Assembly (NCBI GenBank): GCA_963759765.1 | Contig: CAVXAL010000003.1 | Coordinates: forward strand, 871,804 to 935,803 | Reading direction: 5' to 3' | DNA length: 64,000 nucleotides | Source of the DNA: Candidatus Aminicenantes bacterium | Lineage (GTDB): Bacteria > Acidobacteriota > Aminicenantia > UBA2199 | Shown here: one piece after another, positions 1-13,190 of the stretch | How positions within the stretch are numbered: the first letter of the stretch is position 1 | Layout: each line of letters opens with the position of its first letter | Program-made: the position numbers and the translations under genes | Notes under the pieces: model-generated | Databases searched by the model: none | Seen by the model: the letters and a program-made list of their open reading frames with translations, nothing else | What the model was told of the DNA's origin: nothing

Positions 1-1727
1 TCTGGAAAAGATTTTGCAGGCTGAGTTTCTTTTCGGCCAGGAAGTCGCTGGCTGCTTGCGCTGCGTTCGGGCCACCTGGCGGCATCTCAATGACTTTCTT
101 GGCCTTTTCCTGCTTTCCACGACCTGGAAGATGTCGCCGGCCTGGGGCAGGGCGTCGAAGCCCATGATCTCCATCGGGTCGGGGACCTGGGCGGTGGCCA
201 GGGCCTTGCCGCTGTCGTCGAAGATGGATTTGATTTTGCCCAGGGAGTTGCCGCAGATGAAACGAATCGCCCTTCTTCATCCGGCCATGCTGGATCAGGA
301 TGGTAGCCGATCGGGCCCAGCTGGGGATCCAGCCGGGATTCGATCACCGTGCCGCGGGCCGGGATGCCGGTGTAGGCCTTCAGCTCCTGCATCTGGGCGA
401 CCAGGTGGATCATCTCCAGCAGCGTGTCCAGGTTCTGGTTGAGCTTGGCGGATATCTCCACGGAGACGACCTTACCGCCCCACTCCTCGACCAGCAGGTT
501 GTGCTTGTTCAGTTCCTGTTTGACTTTGCTCGGATCGGCACCGGCCAGGTCGATCTTGTTGATGGCCACGATCATCGGCACCTGGGCGGCCTGGGCGTGG
601 AGGATGGCTTCCACGGTTTGCGGCTGCACGCCGTCGTTGGCGGCCACGACCAGGATGACGATGTCGGTGACCTTGGCGCCCCGGGCGCGCAGGTTGGTGA
701 AGGCCTCGTGGCCCGGGGTATCAATGAAAACGATCATGCCGTCTTTGGTTTTCAGTTTGTAGGCGCCGATCTTCTGGGTGATGCCGCCGGCCTCGTTCTC
801 GGCCACGCGGGTCTTGCGCAGCGTGTCCAGCAGAGTGGTTTTGCCGTGGTCGACATGACCCATGACGGTGACCACCGGCGGACGGGGCTGCGGTTGGGCG
901 TTGGCCTGGGCCACTTGCGAGGCGAAGACGTAGTCTTCAAAGGGCAGGATGTCCAGCTGGACGTGCAGTTCCTGGCAGAGCTTTTTTAAGTTCTCTGTTT
1001 CCATGAGCTCGTTGCTGCTGTAGCTCATTTTCAGCTGGGTCATCTTCTCTTCCAGGAATTTCAACTTGCAGTTCAGTTTGTCGGCCAGCTCTTTGACGGT
1101 AACCAGATCGGGGACCTGGATCCGCTCCGGCAGAGCGACCACCTCTGCCTTTTTAACAGGTTCCGAAACAGGCGCGACGACCCGCTTGGGGGGTGGGGGC
1201 GGTGGCGGGGAGGGGGCGACTCGGGGAATTTCCCTTTTTTCAGGAATTTTTTCCTTGGCTTTGGCCGCTGGCACTTTCGTTTCGACCGGCGCGGGCGTTC
1301 TTTCTTTTCTGCCTTCGCTGACCGGTCGGGCTTCCTTCACCTCTTTCTTGGCCACTGGTTTTTCGACCTTTTCCTTGATGGCTTCCTTGGTCGGTTTCTT
1401 TTCGGGGACCGCTTTCTCCTTGACCGGGGCTTTGACTGGGGCCGGCTTCTTTTCCTCGGCCGGTTTTTTGTCCGCCTCTTTATTCTTCTCTTCCTTTTTC
1501 AACCCGGCCGCCGCCTTCGCTTTCTTGGCCGGCCCGGCAAGCGCTTCCATGACGTCGGGAAAGCGCTCGGGATGGGCGCCAAACTCGCGCAGCAGTTCCA
1601 GCTGGTCGAAGGTGATCACCGAGGAATGGGACTTGACCGCCAGATTTTTCTTTTCGAGGAAAAACATGGCCAATTTATTGGATAGCTTGAACTGCTTGGT
1701 GGCTTCATGGAGCTTGATGGTCGACAT
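1..1727 (-). CDS. infB: translation initiation factor IF-2 (3' end runs off the window; several frame breaks)
   Basis: ORF 87..1727 has the IF-2 N-terminus [17 protein letters not shown], a K/P/A/E-rich linker and the GTPase motifs [20 protein letters not shown] and NKID. The frame breaks near ~300 and ~262. IF-2 domain II sequence ([14 protein letters not shown]; [46 protein letters not shown]) continues in other frames to nt 1. Confidence 0.9.
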
Positions 1728-1739
1728 CGTCGCTTCCTC

Positions 1740-2804
1740 CTAAAGTTTCTTTTGCGGGCTGCCAGTGGCCATGTCCGGCCGCTTGTTCAGAATCTGGATG
1801 TCCCATTTGGTCAGTTTGGAAGCCAGGCGGATGTTGATGCCTTTTTTGCCGATGGCCGCCGACAGGCTCTCGTCCTTGACCAGGACTTCCGCCACGCGGT
1901 TGACCGGATCGCTGAGCGTGACTTTGAGGGTCTCACCCGGAGTCAGGGCCGAGGCGATGAAGCGCTCCGGCGTGTTGCTCCAGGCGATGACGTCGATGCG
2001 TTCACCGCGCAGCTCTTTGGTGATGGCCAGCACGCGGTTGCCGTTCATGCCAACGATGGCACCCACAGGATCGATGGCCTTGTCCGTGGAATAGGCCGCC
2101 ACCTTGCTCTTGATCCCCGGTTCGCGGGCGATGGCGTAGATTTTGACGATGCCTTCAGAGACTTCCGGCACTTCTTTCTTGATCAGCTCGAAGACGAAAT
2201 CGTTCATGTAACGAGAGGCGAGGATCAGCGGGCCCTTGCCCTCGGGGAACACCCGCTTGATCAGGAACTTGATGATTTCACCCCGCTTGAAACTGTCGCG
2301 CGGCGACAGCTCCTTGGGGGGGAGAATGGCCTCACCCCCGTCCAGGCCGAGGATGATGTTGCCGTTTTCGATGCGCCGGATCTCGCCGGACTGCAAAGCC
2401 CCGGTCAGCGGCAGGTATTTGCTGTAGATCTTCTGCTGTTCGGCCTTGAGGATCTTCTGCAGGATGATCTGTTTGGCCGACTGGGCGGCAATGCGGCCCA
2501 GGGTTTCGCCAGGCAGGAACAGTTTGATCTCATCGCCTTCCTTGACCTGGGGGTCGAACTGCAGGGCCTCCTTCCAGTTGATTTCCATGAGCGGGTCATT
2601 GACGTCCTTGACGACCAGCTTGGTGACATAGACGTGGATTTCGCCCTTTCTTTCGTCGATTTCCACATGGACGTCGGCGCCGGCGTCAAAGTATTTCTTG
2701 GCGACGACCTGCAGGGCTTCCTTGATGGCAGAGAAGAAGATGTCGGGATTGATGCCCCGCTCTTTGCTGATCTGCTTGATGCTCGCTAACAATTCTTCTG
2801 CCAT
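1740..2804 (-). CDS. nusA: transcription termination/antitermination factor NusA
   Basis: The ORF is an intact 354 aa. It has a NusA-like N-terminus (MAEELLASIKQISKERGINPDIFFSAIKEAL) and KH-like segments (GMNGNRVLAITKELRGERIDVI; AIGKKGINIRLASKLTKWDIQI). It lies directly upstream of infB, as in the conserved operon. Confidence 0.93.
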   Translation of the reverse strand: MAEELLASIKQISKERGINPDIFFSAIKEALQVVAKKYFDAGADVHVEIDERKGEIHVYVTKLVVKDVNDPLMEINWKEALQFDPQVKEGDEIKLFLPGETLGRIAAQSAKQIILQKILKAEQQKIYSKYLPLTGALQSGEIRRIENGNIILGLDGGEAILPPKELSPRDSFKRGEIIKFLIKRVFPEGKGPLILASRYMNDFVFELIKKEVPEVSEGIVKIYAIAREPGIKSKVAAYSTDKAIDPVGAIVGMNGNRVLAITKELRGERIDVIAWSNTPERFIASALTPGETLKVTLSDPVNRVAEVLVKDESLSAAIGKKGINIRLASKLTKWDIQILNKRPDMATGSPQKKL

Positions 2805-2838
2805 GCAATGTCCCCAACGTCCTCATTGGTAACCGGAA

Positions 2839-2867
2839 ATTATAATGGATTTCCTGCCAAAATGCAA
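2839..2867 (-). promoter_or_regulatory. sigma70-like promoter upstream of nusA (TTGCAT-N17-TATAAT)
   Basis: On the minus strand, TTGCAT sits at 2867-2862, followed by a 17-nt spacer and TATAAT at 2844-2839, about 35 nt upstream of the nusA ATG. This is a pattern match only. Confidence 0.45.
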
Positions 2868-2876
2868 ATGACGGCA

Positions 2877-2905
2877 TTGCCCGGTCGCTGTTTTTCCTTT
2901 ACAAT
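2877..2905 (+). promoter_or_regulatory. candidate promoter (TTGCCC-N17-TACAAT) for the DMT transporter gene
   Basis: TTGCCC is at 2877-2882 and TACAAT at 2900-2905, with a 17-nt spacer. ATG 2914 follows 8 nt after the -10 box, so the mRNA would be leaderless or nearly so. Confidence 0.35.
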
Positions 2906-2913
2906 ATCGGTCG

Positions 2914-3812
2914 ATGGATAGTGCCGTTTTGCAGACTCCCGCGCCTGTCGGTCCGGGGGAAAAACGCCCCGCTGGCAGAGTCTGGCGGGGATCCACCTGG
3001 CGGTCGTCCTGTTCGGCTTCGCCGGACTCTTCGCCAAGTGGGTCGACCTGCCGGCATTGGCCATCGTCTGGGGGCGGACCATTTTTGCCGCTCTGTTTCT
3101 GGCCGTTCTGTTACTCCTGCGCCGGTCGGATTGGCGCATCCGCGGCCGGCTGAATCTCGCGTGGTTGCTGCTCTCCGGGCTGATTCTGGCCCTCCACTGG
3201 TTGTTCTTCTTTCAGTCGATCCGGCTCAGTTCCGTGGCCCTCGGGCTGCTGGCCTATTCCTGTTTTCCCATTTTCGTGCTCCTGCTGGAGCCGCTTCTCT
3301 TTCAGGAAGTTTTTCGCCCGCGGCAGCTGCTGCCCGTCCTGGTGACTCTGGCGGGGGTGGCCCTGCTTTTTTCTCCCCGCTCATCGGGGCCGCAGCCGAC
3401 TGCGGGTATCTGGTTGGGGCTGGCTGCCGGCCTCACCTTCGCCATTCTGGTGCTGCTCAACCGCCGCTTGTCTGCCGGCCATTCGGCGCTGCTGGTGGCC
3501 TGCTACCAGGACGGGCTGGCCGCAGCCCTTTTTTCCCCTGCCATGGTTTTCGCTCGCGTGCACTTCTCGGCACATTCCCTGTGGTTGTTGTTGCTGTTGG
3601 GTATTTTCTGCACAGCCCTGGCCCATTCGCTGTTCATCGGCGGCATGCGCCGGGTCAAGGCCCGAACCGCGAGTCTGATCGCCTTGAGCGAGCCCCTGTA
3701 CGCCATTGTCTTGGCCTTTTTTCTGTTGGGAGAAATACCGGGGAGGCGGACGCTGGCCGGCGGTGGGCTAGTGCTGGCCATGGCTGCCTGGGTGACCTGG
3801 AAATGGGAATAA
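2914..3812 (+). CDS. EamA/DMT-family membrane transporter (start uncertain, probable early frame break)
   Basis: The product is multi-TM and hydrophobic with EamA-like repeats (IHLAVVLFGFAGLFAKWV...; LLVACYQDGLAAALF...). The ORF track starts at TTG 3057, but the same frame is open back to 2922 and encodes TM1. ATG 2914 is in another frame, so an indel in the G5/A5 run at ~2955-2964 would join them. Confidence 0.7.
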
Positions 3813-3848
3813 TCGCGGCGGCGGGAAAGTTTTTAACCCAGCACTGTC

Positions 3849-3877
3849 TTGACTTTGCGATTGAATTCGTTTAAAGT
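3849..3877 (+). promoter_or_regulatory. candidate promoter of hup (TTGACT-N17-TAAAGT)
   Basis: TTGACT is at 3849-3854 and TAAAGT at 3872-3877. It is followed by a leader carrying AGGAGG (3893-3898) 8 nt before the ATG. Confidence 0.45.
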
Positions 3878-3906
3878 ATGGTCTTTCCATTCAGGAGGAA
3901 GTTACA

Positions 3907-4182
3907 ATGAATAAGAACGAACTGGTCGCGAAAATGGTCAAAGATACCACCCTGACCAAAGTCACCGCCCTGAAGGTGGTGGATACAATGCTCAACGTGA
4001 TCGCGGATCAGCTGAAGAAAAAGGACGGAAAAATCACCCTGGTCGGGTTCGGGACGTTTAAGACCATTGAAAAAAAGGCCAAGGTAGGGAGGAATCCCAA
4101 AACGGGCGCCAGGATCAACATCCCCAAAAAACGGGTCCCCAAGTTCATCGCCGGCAAAGAGCTGAAGGCTCTGGTCAAATAG
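3907..4182 (+). CDS. hup: HU/IHF-family nucleoid-associated DNA-binding protein
   Basis: The 91-aa ORF reads MNKNELVAKM...GFGTFKTIEKKAKVGRNPKTGARINIPKKRVPKFIAGKELK. This is the classic HU fold sequence with the R-N-P-x-T arm. It has a strong SD. Confidence 0.9.
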   Translation: MNKNELVAKMVKDTTLTKVTALKVVDTMLNVIADQLKKKDGKITLVGFGTFKTIEKKAKVGRNPKTGARINIPKKRVPKFIAGKELKALVK

Positions 4183-4194
4183 AGATTGCGAAAC

Positions 4195-4269
4195 AGGCGC
4201 GTAGCCCAGTTTGGTTAGAGCGCTACCTTGACACGGTAGAGGTCGGCGGTTCGAGCCCGCCCGCGCCTA
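4195..4269 (+). tRNA. tRNA-Val (anticodon GAC)
   Basis: I folded the cloverleaf by hand. The acceptor stem AGGCGCG pairs with CGCGCCT. The anticodon stem is CTACC/GGTAG with loop TTGACAC, giving anticodon GAC at 4230-4232. The T arm is GGCGG-TTCGAGC-CCGCC and the discriminator is A. CCA is not encoded. The D stem has one C:A mismatch. Confidence 0.9.
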
Positions 4270-4279
4270 TACTTAATTC

Positions 4280-6139
4280 ATGGCGAAAGAAAAAGCGAGT
4301 TTTATTAAAGATAAACGGCGAGCTGAAGGCATCTTTTTGCGCCGCGTTCCCCGCAGGATCAGGTGCAAGAGGTTTACACCCACTCGCCGGAAGCGCTCGA
4401 GGTGTACCGCCATTCGTGTGCCCACCTCCTGGCCCAGGCCGTACTCGAGCTTTATCCGGAAGTTCAGTACGGCGTCGGCCCGGCGGTGGAAAACGGCTTC
4501 TATTACGATTTTTTGCGCGCCGTGCCTTTCACCCCTGAGGATCTGCGAGCAGATCTCGCGGCGCATGACCGAGATCGCCAAGCAAAACCTCAAAGTGGAA
4601 CGGCAGGTCTGGACCCGGCAGCAGGCCCTGGACTATTTTCACCGGCAAAGGTCAATTGTTGAAAAACGAGCTGATCGCGGAAAAGGTCAGCGGCGACGAG
4701 GTCAGCGTCTACAAGCAGGGTGACTTCGTTGACCTCTGCCGCGGGCCGCACCTCTCCTCCACCGGGCTGCTCAAGCACTTCAAACTGCTCTCGCTGGCCG
4801 CCGCCTACTGGAAGGGCGACGAGCGCGGTCTTTCGCTGCAGCGGATCTACGGCGCAGTGTTTCCCAGCGCCGAGGAGCTGAGCCAGTACCTGCAATTTCT
4901 CAAGGAAGCCCAGGAACGCGACCACCGCCTGCTGGGCAAGAACCTCGATCTGTTCTCCCTGCAGGAGGAGGCCGGTCCCGGGCTGGTCTACTGGCACCCG
5001 CAAGGGCGCGCGCATGCGTTACCTGATCGAGGAGTACTGGAAGCAGCGCCACTACCAGGGAGGGTACGAGCTCCTCTACACGCCGCACATCGGGCGCGAG
5101 TGGCTCTGGCAGACATCGGGGCATCTGGAGTTTTACAAGGACGCCATGTACGCGCCCATGGACATCGACGGACTGAATTACTACCTCAAACCCATGAACT
5201 GCCCTTTCCACATCATGGTCTACAAATCGACCCTGCGCTCCTACCGCGAGCTGCCCCTGCGCTGGGCCGAGCTGGGCACCGTTTACCGCTACGAACGCAG
5301 CGGGGTGCTGCACGGGCTGCTGCGCGTGCGCGGCTTCACCCAGGATGACGCTCACATCATCTGCACACCCGAGCAGATCGGCGAGGAGATCCTGCGCGTG
5401 CTGGATTTTTCCCTGGACCTGCTGAAGGCTTTCGGCTTCAGCGAATTCAAGATCGAACTCTCGGTGCGCGATCCGGCAACCCGGGCAAGTATGCCGGCAG
5501 CGAGGGGATGTGGATCGAGGCCGAGAAATCCTTGCTCAACGCCCTGAACACCCGCAACCTGGATTTCCAGCGCCTGGAAGGCGAAGCGGTTTTTTATGGC
5601 CCCAAGATCGACATCAAGATCAAGGATGCCCTGGGCCGCCTGTGGCAATGCACGACCATCCAGTTCGACTTCAACATGTCCGAGCGCTTCGACATGAAAT
5701 ACATCGGTAGCCGACGGCTCCGCCCACCGTCCCTACATGGTGCACCGGGCGCTGCTCGGTTCGCTGGAGCGTTTCTTCGGGGTGCTGATTGAGCATTACC
5801 GCGGATTCTTTCCCGCTCTGGCTGGCCCCGGTGCAGGCGCTGGTCATTCCCATTGCCGAAGGCCACGCCGCCTACGCCGAAGCGGTCTGGCGGCGGCTGA
5901 CCGAAAGCGGCATCCGCGCCGAACTGGAGCGGCGCAACGAGGCGATCGGCAAGAAGATTCGCGACGCCGAACTGCGCAAGATCCCCTACATCGTCGTGGT
6001 TGGCGAGCGCGAGCAGAAGGAGAACACGATCTCCTTTCGCATCCACAAGCAGGGCGACCAGGGTTCCATCGCCTTGTCCGTGTTCATAGAAAAAATAAAA
6101 AAAATAAGCGAGGAAAAGAGTCTACATTATGAGATTTAA
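4280..6139 (+). CDS. thrS: threonine--tRNA ligase (at least 5 frame breaks, probable consensus indels)
   Basis: ThrRS sequence is spread over ORFs 4363.., 4280.., 4656.., 5014.., 5508.., 5737.. and 5789..6139. Motifs include [84 protein letters not shown] and the anticodon-binding domain PVQALVIPI. Confidence 0.9.
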
Positions 6140-6686
6140 CATCCCCCCCAAAGTCAAAAAGCATCCGCACCGGATCAACGAGGAGATTCAGGCCCGCGAA
6201 GTCCGGCTGATCGACGAAGAGAAGAAACAGGTCGGCGTCATTCCCATCGACCAGGCGCTGGCCCTCGCCCGCCAGAAGGAACTGGACCTGGTGGAGATAT
6301 CCCCGGAGGCCTCGCCCCCTGTCTGCCGCCTGCTCAACTACGGGAAGTTTCTCTATTCGCTGCAGAAGAAGGCCCATGAAGCCCAGAGACACCAGCGCAA
6401 GGTGCAGATCAAGGAAATCAAATTCACCCCGGTCATCGGCGAGCACGACATCGAGGTTAAACTGCGCAAAATCCGTGAGTTTTTGCAGGATGGCAACAAG
6501 GTCAAAGTCACCGTCTGGCTGCGCGGACGCCAGAAACGCAAACCGGAGATGCTCGACATGATGGTCGCTGCGCATCATGGAAATTTTCAAGGAGATGGCC
6601 GACATCGAATCGCCGCCGAAGCGGGAGACCTTCAGCTGCCATATTTTAATCGGAGCAAAAAAAGGAGGAAAAGATGCCAAAACTAA
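6129..6686 (+). CDS. infC: translation initiation factor IF-3 (frame break near ~6550; exact 3' end uncertain)
   Basis: The sequence [60 protein letters not shown]...IKEIKF matches IF-3. The C-terminal domain continues in another frame ([18 protein letters not shown]...). It overlaps the thrS stop by 11 nt. Confidence 0.85.
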   Translation: MRFNIPPKVKKHPHRINEEIQAREVRLIDEEKKQVGVIPIDQALALARQKELDLVEISPEASPPVCRLLNYGKFLYSLQKKAHEAQRHQRKVQIKEIKFTPVIGEHDIEVKLRKIREFLQDGNKVKVTVWLRGRQKRKPEMLDMMVAAHHGNFQGDGRHRIAAEAGDLQLPYFNRSKKRRKRCQN

Positions 6687-6874
6687 AAACCCATAAAGGC
6701 GCCAGCAAGAGGTTCAAGATCACGGCCACAGGCAAGATCAAGCGCAGCAAAGCCTTCGGTTCGCACCTGCTGACCAAAAAGAGCGCCAAGCGCAAGCGGC
6801 ACCTGAAGCAGTCCACGCTCGTGTCCGGTGAAGAGCAGAAAAGAATCAAACGTTTGCTGCCGTATTGCAATTAG
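6674..6874 (+). CDS. rpmI: 50S ribosomal protein L35
   Basis: The 66-aa ORF reads [42 protein letters not shown]. It sits in the conserved infC-rpmI-rplT order. Confidence 0.92.
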   Translation: MPKLKTHKGASKRFKITATGKIKRSKAFGSHLLTKKSAKRKRHLKQSTLVSGEEQKRIKRLLPYCN

Positions 6875-6882
6875 GAGGATAC

Positions 6883-7239
6883 ATGCCGAGAGTCACTCGA
6901 GGAAACAAGAAACTGTTGCGCCGGAAAAAGATATTGAAACTGGCCAAGGGGTTCTGGGGAGCCAAGCGGAAAAACTATCGCGTGGCGAAGGAGGCGGTGG
7001 AAAAGTCGATGGTCTATGCCTACCGTGACCGCCGCAACCGCAAGCGGGATTTCCGCCACTCTGTGGAACATCCGCATCAACGCCGCTGGTCCGTGAATTC
7101 GACCTGAGTTATTCCATGTTCATCCACGGATTGAAAAAAGGGCCACATCCAGCTCAACCGAAAAATGCTGGCCAACCTGGCGGCCAGCGAACCGGACACG
7201 TTCAAAGTCCATCGTCGAAAAAGTCAAACCGCTGGTCTG

Positions 7240-7240
<1 letters not shown>
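6883..7240 (+). CDS. rplT: 50S ribosomal protein L20 (two frame breaks)
   Basis: The sequence [58 protein letters not shown] matches L20. It continues in shifted frames (LWNIRINAA...; [17 protein letters not shown]...). The putative stop at 7238-7240 overlaps the pheS ATG. Confidence 0.85.
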
Positions 7241-10299
<3,059 letters not shown>

Positions 10300-10309
10300 G
10301 GAGGAAGAC

Positions 10310-10525
10310 ATGAGTGCGAATCTGAAAGAGTTCGATAAATTGGAAGAACGGATCCGCGCCCTGGTCAAGACCGTCCGGGCACTGCGCGAGGAAAACGAGC
10401 GGCTGAAACGGCAGCTGCACGAGTTCCAGGAAAGCACCTCGCAAAAGGACACGGAACGGACGGAGATCAAAAAGAAAATCACCTCGCTGATGGCGCTGGT
10501 GGACTCGCTGGAACAAGATGGCTAA
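10310..10525 (+). CDS. small coiled-coil protein, ZapB-like
   Basis: The 71-aa ORF is entirely heptad-like (LEERIRALVKTVRALREENERLKRQLHEF). It sits just before zapA and overlaps it by 8 nt. The functional call rests on context only. Confidence 0.45.
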   Translation: MSANLKEFDKLEERIRALVKTVRALREENERLKRQLHEFQESTSQKDTERTEIKKKITSLMALVDSLEQDG

Positions 10526-10847
10526 GGAAGTCAACGTCCAGATTTTGGGGAAGCCTTTCACCTTCCATCTGGCCGATGAGATCAGCACCGACGAGTTCCT
10601 ACGCATCGTCGAATATGTGGAAAACAAGATCACCAAGATCAGGAAGCGGGTGAATGAGCTGGATGCCTTCAAACTGGGATTGCTCACCGCCATCAACATC
10701 ACCCAGGATTTCTTTCACCTCAGGAAAGAAAACGAGCGCTTGCGGGAGATCCTCGGCCGCATCGATACACTGCTCTCCCCGGGCGCCGACGACGAAAAGC
10801 TGGGCATCCGCTTTTCCACCCCCCCACCCAAAGGAGGAAAACCATGA
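10518..10847 (+). CDS. zapA: cell division protein ZapA
   Basis: The 109-aa ORF reads VNVQILGKPFTFHLADEISTDEFLRIVEYVENKITKIRKR...AFKLGLLTAINITQDFF, a typical ZapA pattern. It lies upstream of rny, as in many genomes. Confidence 0.7.
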   Translation: MAKEVNVQILGKPFTFHLADEISTDEFLRIVEYVENKITKIRKRVNELDAFKLGLLTAINITQDFFHLRKENERLREILGRIDTLLSPGADDEKLGIRFSTPPPKGGKP

Positions 10848-12400
10848 TATTGAATATAGTGTTGTTCGCTGCCGGGCTGTTGCTGGGCGGCGCCCTGTTG
10901 CTGCTATTCAGACGGCAGATCTTTTCCGGCAATTATCGCCGTCTCGAGGAACTGAAGCAGGATCTGCTGCGCAAGAACCAGGAGGCGGCGGAAAACCAGA
11001 AAAAGCAAATCTCCCTGGAACTGAAGGAGGAGTTCGCCAACTGGAAGAACGAATACAACCGCCACCAAAGCGAGCGGGTCAACAAGCTGAACGTCATGGA
11101 AAAGCGCCTGCTGCAAAAGGAAGAAAACCTCGACCAGCGGTACATCAACCTGGACAACAAGGAAAAGGAGTTGAAGAAGAAGGAGCGGGAACTCACGCAG
11201 CACGAGGAGGAGATCGTTCAGGAGAAGGCCAAGCTGAACAAGCTGGTCGAGGAGCAGCGGCTGAAGCTGGAAAAGATTTCCGGGCTGACGGTTCAGGAAG
11301 CCAAAGAGATGATCATCAAACAGTACGAGAGCGAAGCCCGTTTGGAATCGGCCCAGAGGCTGAAGGCCATCGAGGAAGAACTGAAGGAAAAGAGCACCCA
11401 GCTGGCCAAGGTCATCATCACCAATGCCGTGCAGCGCATCGCCACCGACCACATCGTTTCCACCTCGGTCACCGTCATCGACTTGCCCTCGGACGAGATG
11501 AAGGGCCGCATCATCGGCCGTGAAGGCCGTAACATTCGGGCGCTGGAGAACGCCACCGGCGTCGACTTCATCGTCGACGACACCCCCGAGGCCATCCTGG
11601 TCTCCTCGTTCGATCCCATCCGCCGCGAAATCGCCAAACAGTCCCTCGAGACGCTGATCGCCGACGGCCGCATCCATCCGGCGCGCATCGAGGAGGTGGT
11701 GGAGAAGATCAAGGCCAACTTCGACGTCTACCTGCGCAAAGAGGGCGAGAGCGTGGTTCTGGAGCTGGGTATCCAGGACCTGAATCCCGAACTTTATTTC
11801 TATCTGGGGAAATTGAAATTCCGCACCTCCTACGGCCAGAATAACCTCGAGCATTCCAAGGAGGTGGCGCTGATCGCGGCCATGCTGGCCCGCGAGGTCG
11901 GCGTCAACGTCAACGTGGCCAAACGGGCCGGCCTGTTGCACGATATCGGCAAGGCTATCGACCGCGAAACCGAAGGGACCCACACGTCGCTGTCGGTCGA
12001 CCTGGCAAAAAAATTTGGCGAAACCCAGGCGGTCCAGGACGCCATCGCCTCCCATCACATGGACACCGATTTCAAGTCGATCGAGGCGGTGCTGATCCAA
12101 GCCGCCGACAGCATCTCGGCGGCCCGTCCGGGAACCCGGCGCGAGATTTTGGAGACCTACATCAAGCGCCTGGAAAAATTGGAGGAACTCAGCAAATCCT
12201 TCCCGGGAGTGAACAAGGCCTTTGCCCTGCAGGCCGGCCGGGAAGTGCGGGTCATCGTGAACGCCAACGAACTCGACGACAACCGGACCTTCCTGGTTTC
12301 CAAGGATATCGCGCACAAAATCCAGGAAGAAATGGAATACCCGGGTCAGATCAAGGTCACCGTCATCCGCGAGGTGCGCGCTATCGAATATGCCCGCTGA
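10844..12400 (+). CDS. rny: ribonuclease Y
   Basis: The ORF is an intact 518 aa. It has an N-terminal TM helix, a long coiled coil, a KH domain (GRIIGREGRNIRALENATGVDFIVDDTP) and an HD domain (HSKEVALIAAMLA...GLLHDIGKA). Confidence 0.93.
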   Translation: MILNIVLFAAGLLLGGALLLLFRRQIFSGNYRRLEELKQDLLRKNQEAAENQKKQISLELKEEFANWKNEYNRHQSERVNKLNVMEKRLLQKEENLDQRYINLDNKEKELKKKERELTQHEEEIVQEKAKLNKLVEEQRLKLEKISGLTVQEAKEMIIKQYESEARLESAQRLKAIEEELKEKSTQLAKVIITNAVQRIATDHIVSTSVTVIDLPSDEMKGRIIGREGRNIRALENATGVDFIVDDTPEAILVSSFDPIRREIAKQSLETLIADGRIHPARIEEVVEKIKANFDVYLRKEGESVVLELGIQDLNPELYFYLGKLKFRTSYGQNNLEHSKEVALIAAMLAREVGVNVNVAKRAGLLHDIGKAIDRETEGTHTSLSVDLAKKFGETQAVQDAIASHHMDTDFKSIEAVLIQAADSISAARPGTRREILETYIKRLEKLEELSKSFPGVNKAFALQAGREVRVIVNANELDDNRTFLVSKDIAHKIQEEMEYPGQIKVTVIREVRAIEYAR

Positions 12401-13190
12401 CCGCCTGCGCGTGTTGCTGATCGGCGACGTGATCGGCCGCTACGGCCGGCGCTTTCTCAAAAGCGCACTGCCGCAGATCCGCCAGAAATATGCACCGGAC
12501 CTGGTCATCGCCAACGGAGAAAATTCGGCCGGGGGCCTGGGCATCATCACCCGCACGGCCGAGGAAATATTCGCCGCCGGCGTCGACCTGATCACCAGCG
12601 GCAACCACGTCTGGGACAAGAAGGAGGCGCTGGAGCTGCTCAAACGGGAGCCGCGCATCCTGCGGCCGTTGAATTTTCCGGCCGCCGCCCCGGGCCGGGG
12701 ATTCGCCACACTCCAGCTGGCCGGCGGTGGCTCCTTGACCGTGATCAATCTCCAGGGTCGCGTTTTCATGGAACCGGTCGTGGACAATCCCTTCACCGCG
12801 ATGGACGATTTCCTCAAGCAACATGAACTGGCGACGGTGCTGGTCGATTTTCACGCCGAAGCCACGGCCGAGAAGCAGGCGCTGGGATTCTTCCTCGACG
12901 GCCGGGTCTCGGCGGTGCTCGGCACGCACACCCACGTGCCCACGGCCGATGCCTGCATCCTGCCCAAGGGGACGGCCTACCAGACCGACGTCGGGCTCAC
13001 CGGTTCGTCCGATTCGATCATCGGCATGGAGCGGGAGGTGATCATCCGCAAGTTCGTCAGTGGCATCGGCGGCCGTTTCGAGGTGGCCAAGGACAATCTG
13101 GTGCTGGACATGACGCGAGTGGACATCGAATCCGGCCAGCGGCCGGGCGCTGGCCATCGAGGCCCGCCGCCTCTTCGAGTCGACCTATGA
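12390..13190 (+). CDS. ymdB: YmdB-family metallophosphoesterase (2',3'-cyclic-nucleotide phosphodiesterase-like)
   Basis: Motifs include LRVLLIGDVIGRYGRRFL, VIANGENSAGGLGI, ITSGNHVWDKKE and VDFHAEATAEKQA...GTHTHVPTAD. It follows rny, which is conserved synteny. There is a possible frame break in the last ~15 codons. Confidence 0.85.
   Translation: MPADRLRVLLIGDVIGRYGRRFLKSALPQIRQKYAPDLVIANGENSAGGLGIITRTAEEIFAAGVDLITSGNHVWDKKEALELLKREPRILRPLNFPAAAPGRGFATLQLAGGGSLTVINLQGRVFMEPVVDNPFTAMDDFLKQHELATVLVDFHAEATAEKQALGFFLDGRVSAVLGTHTHVPTADACILPKGTAYQTDVGLTGSSDSIIGMEREVIIRKFVSGIGGRFEVAKDNLVLDMTRVDIESGQRPGAGHRGPPPLRVDL

Noticed and set aside
1066-2789. Long + strand ORFs (1066..1743, 1707..2789) lie opposite infB and nusA.
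   Set aside because: These are typical GC-rich shadow ORFs. They sit antisense to strongly recognisable genes, their translations are low-complexity (Gly/Ala/Arg/Leu-rich), and they have no motifs.
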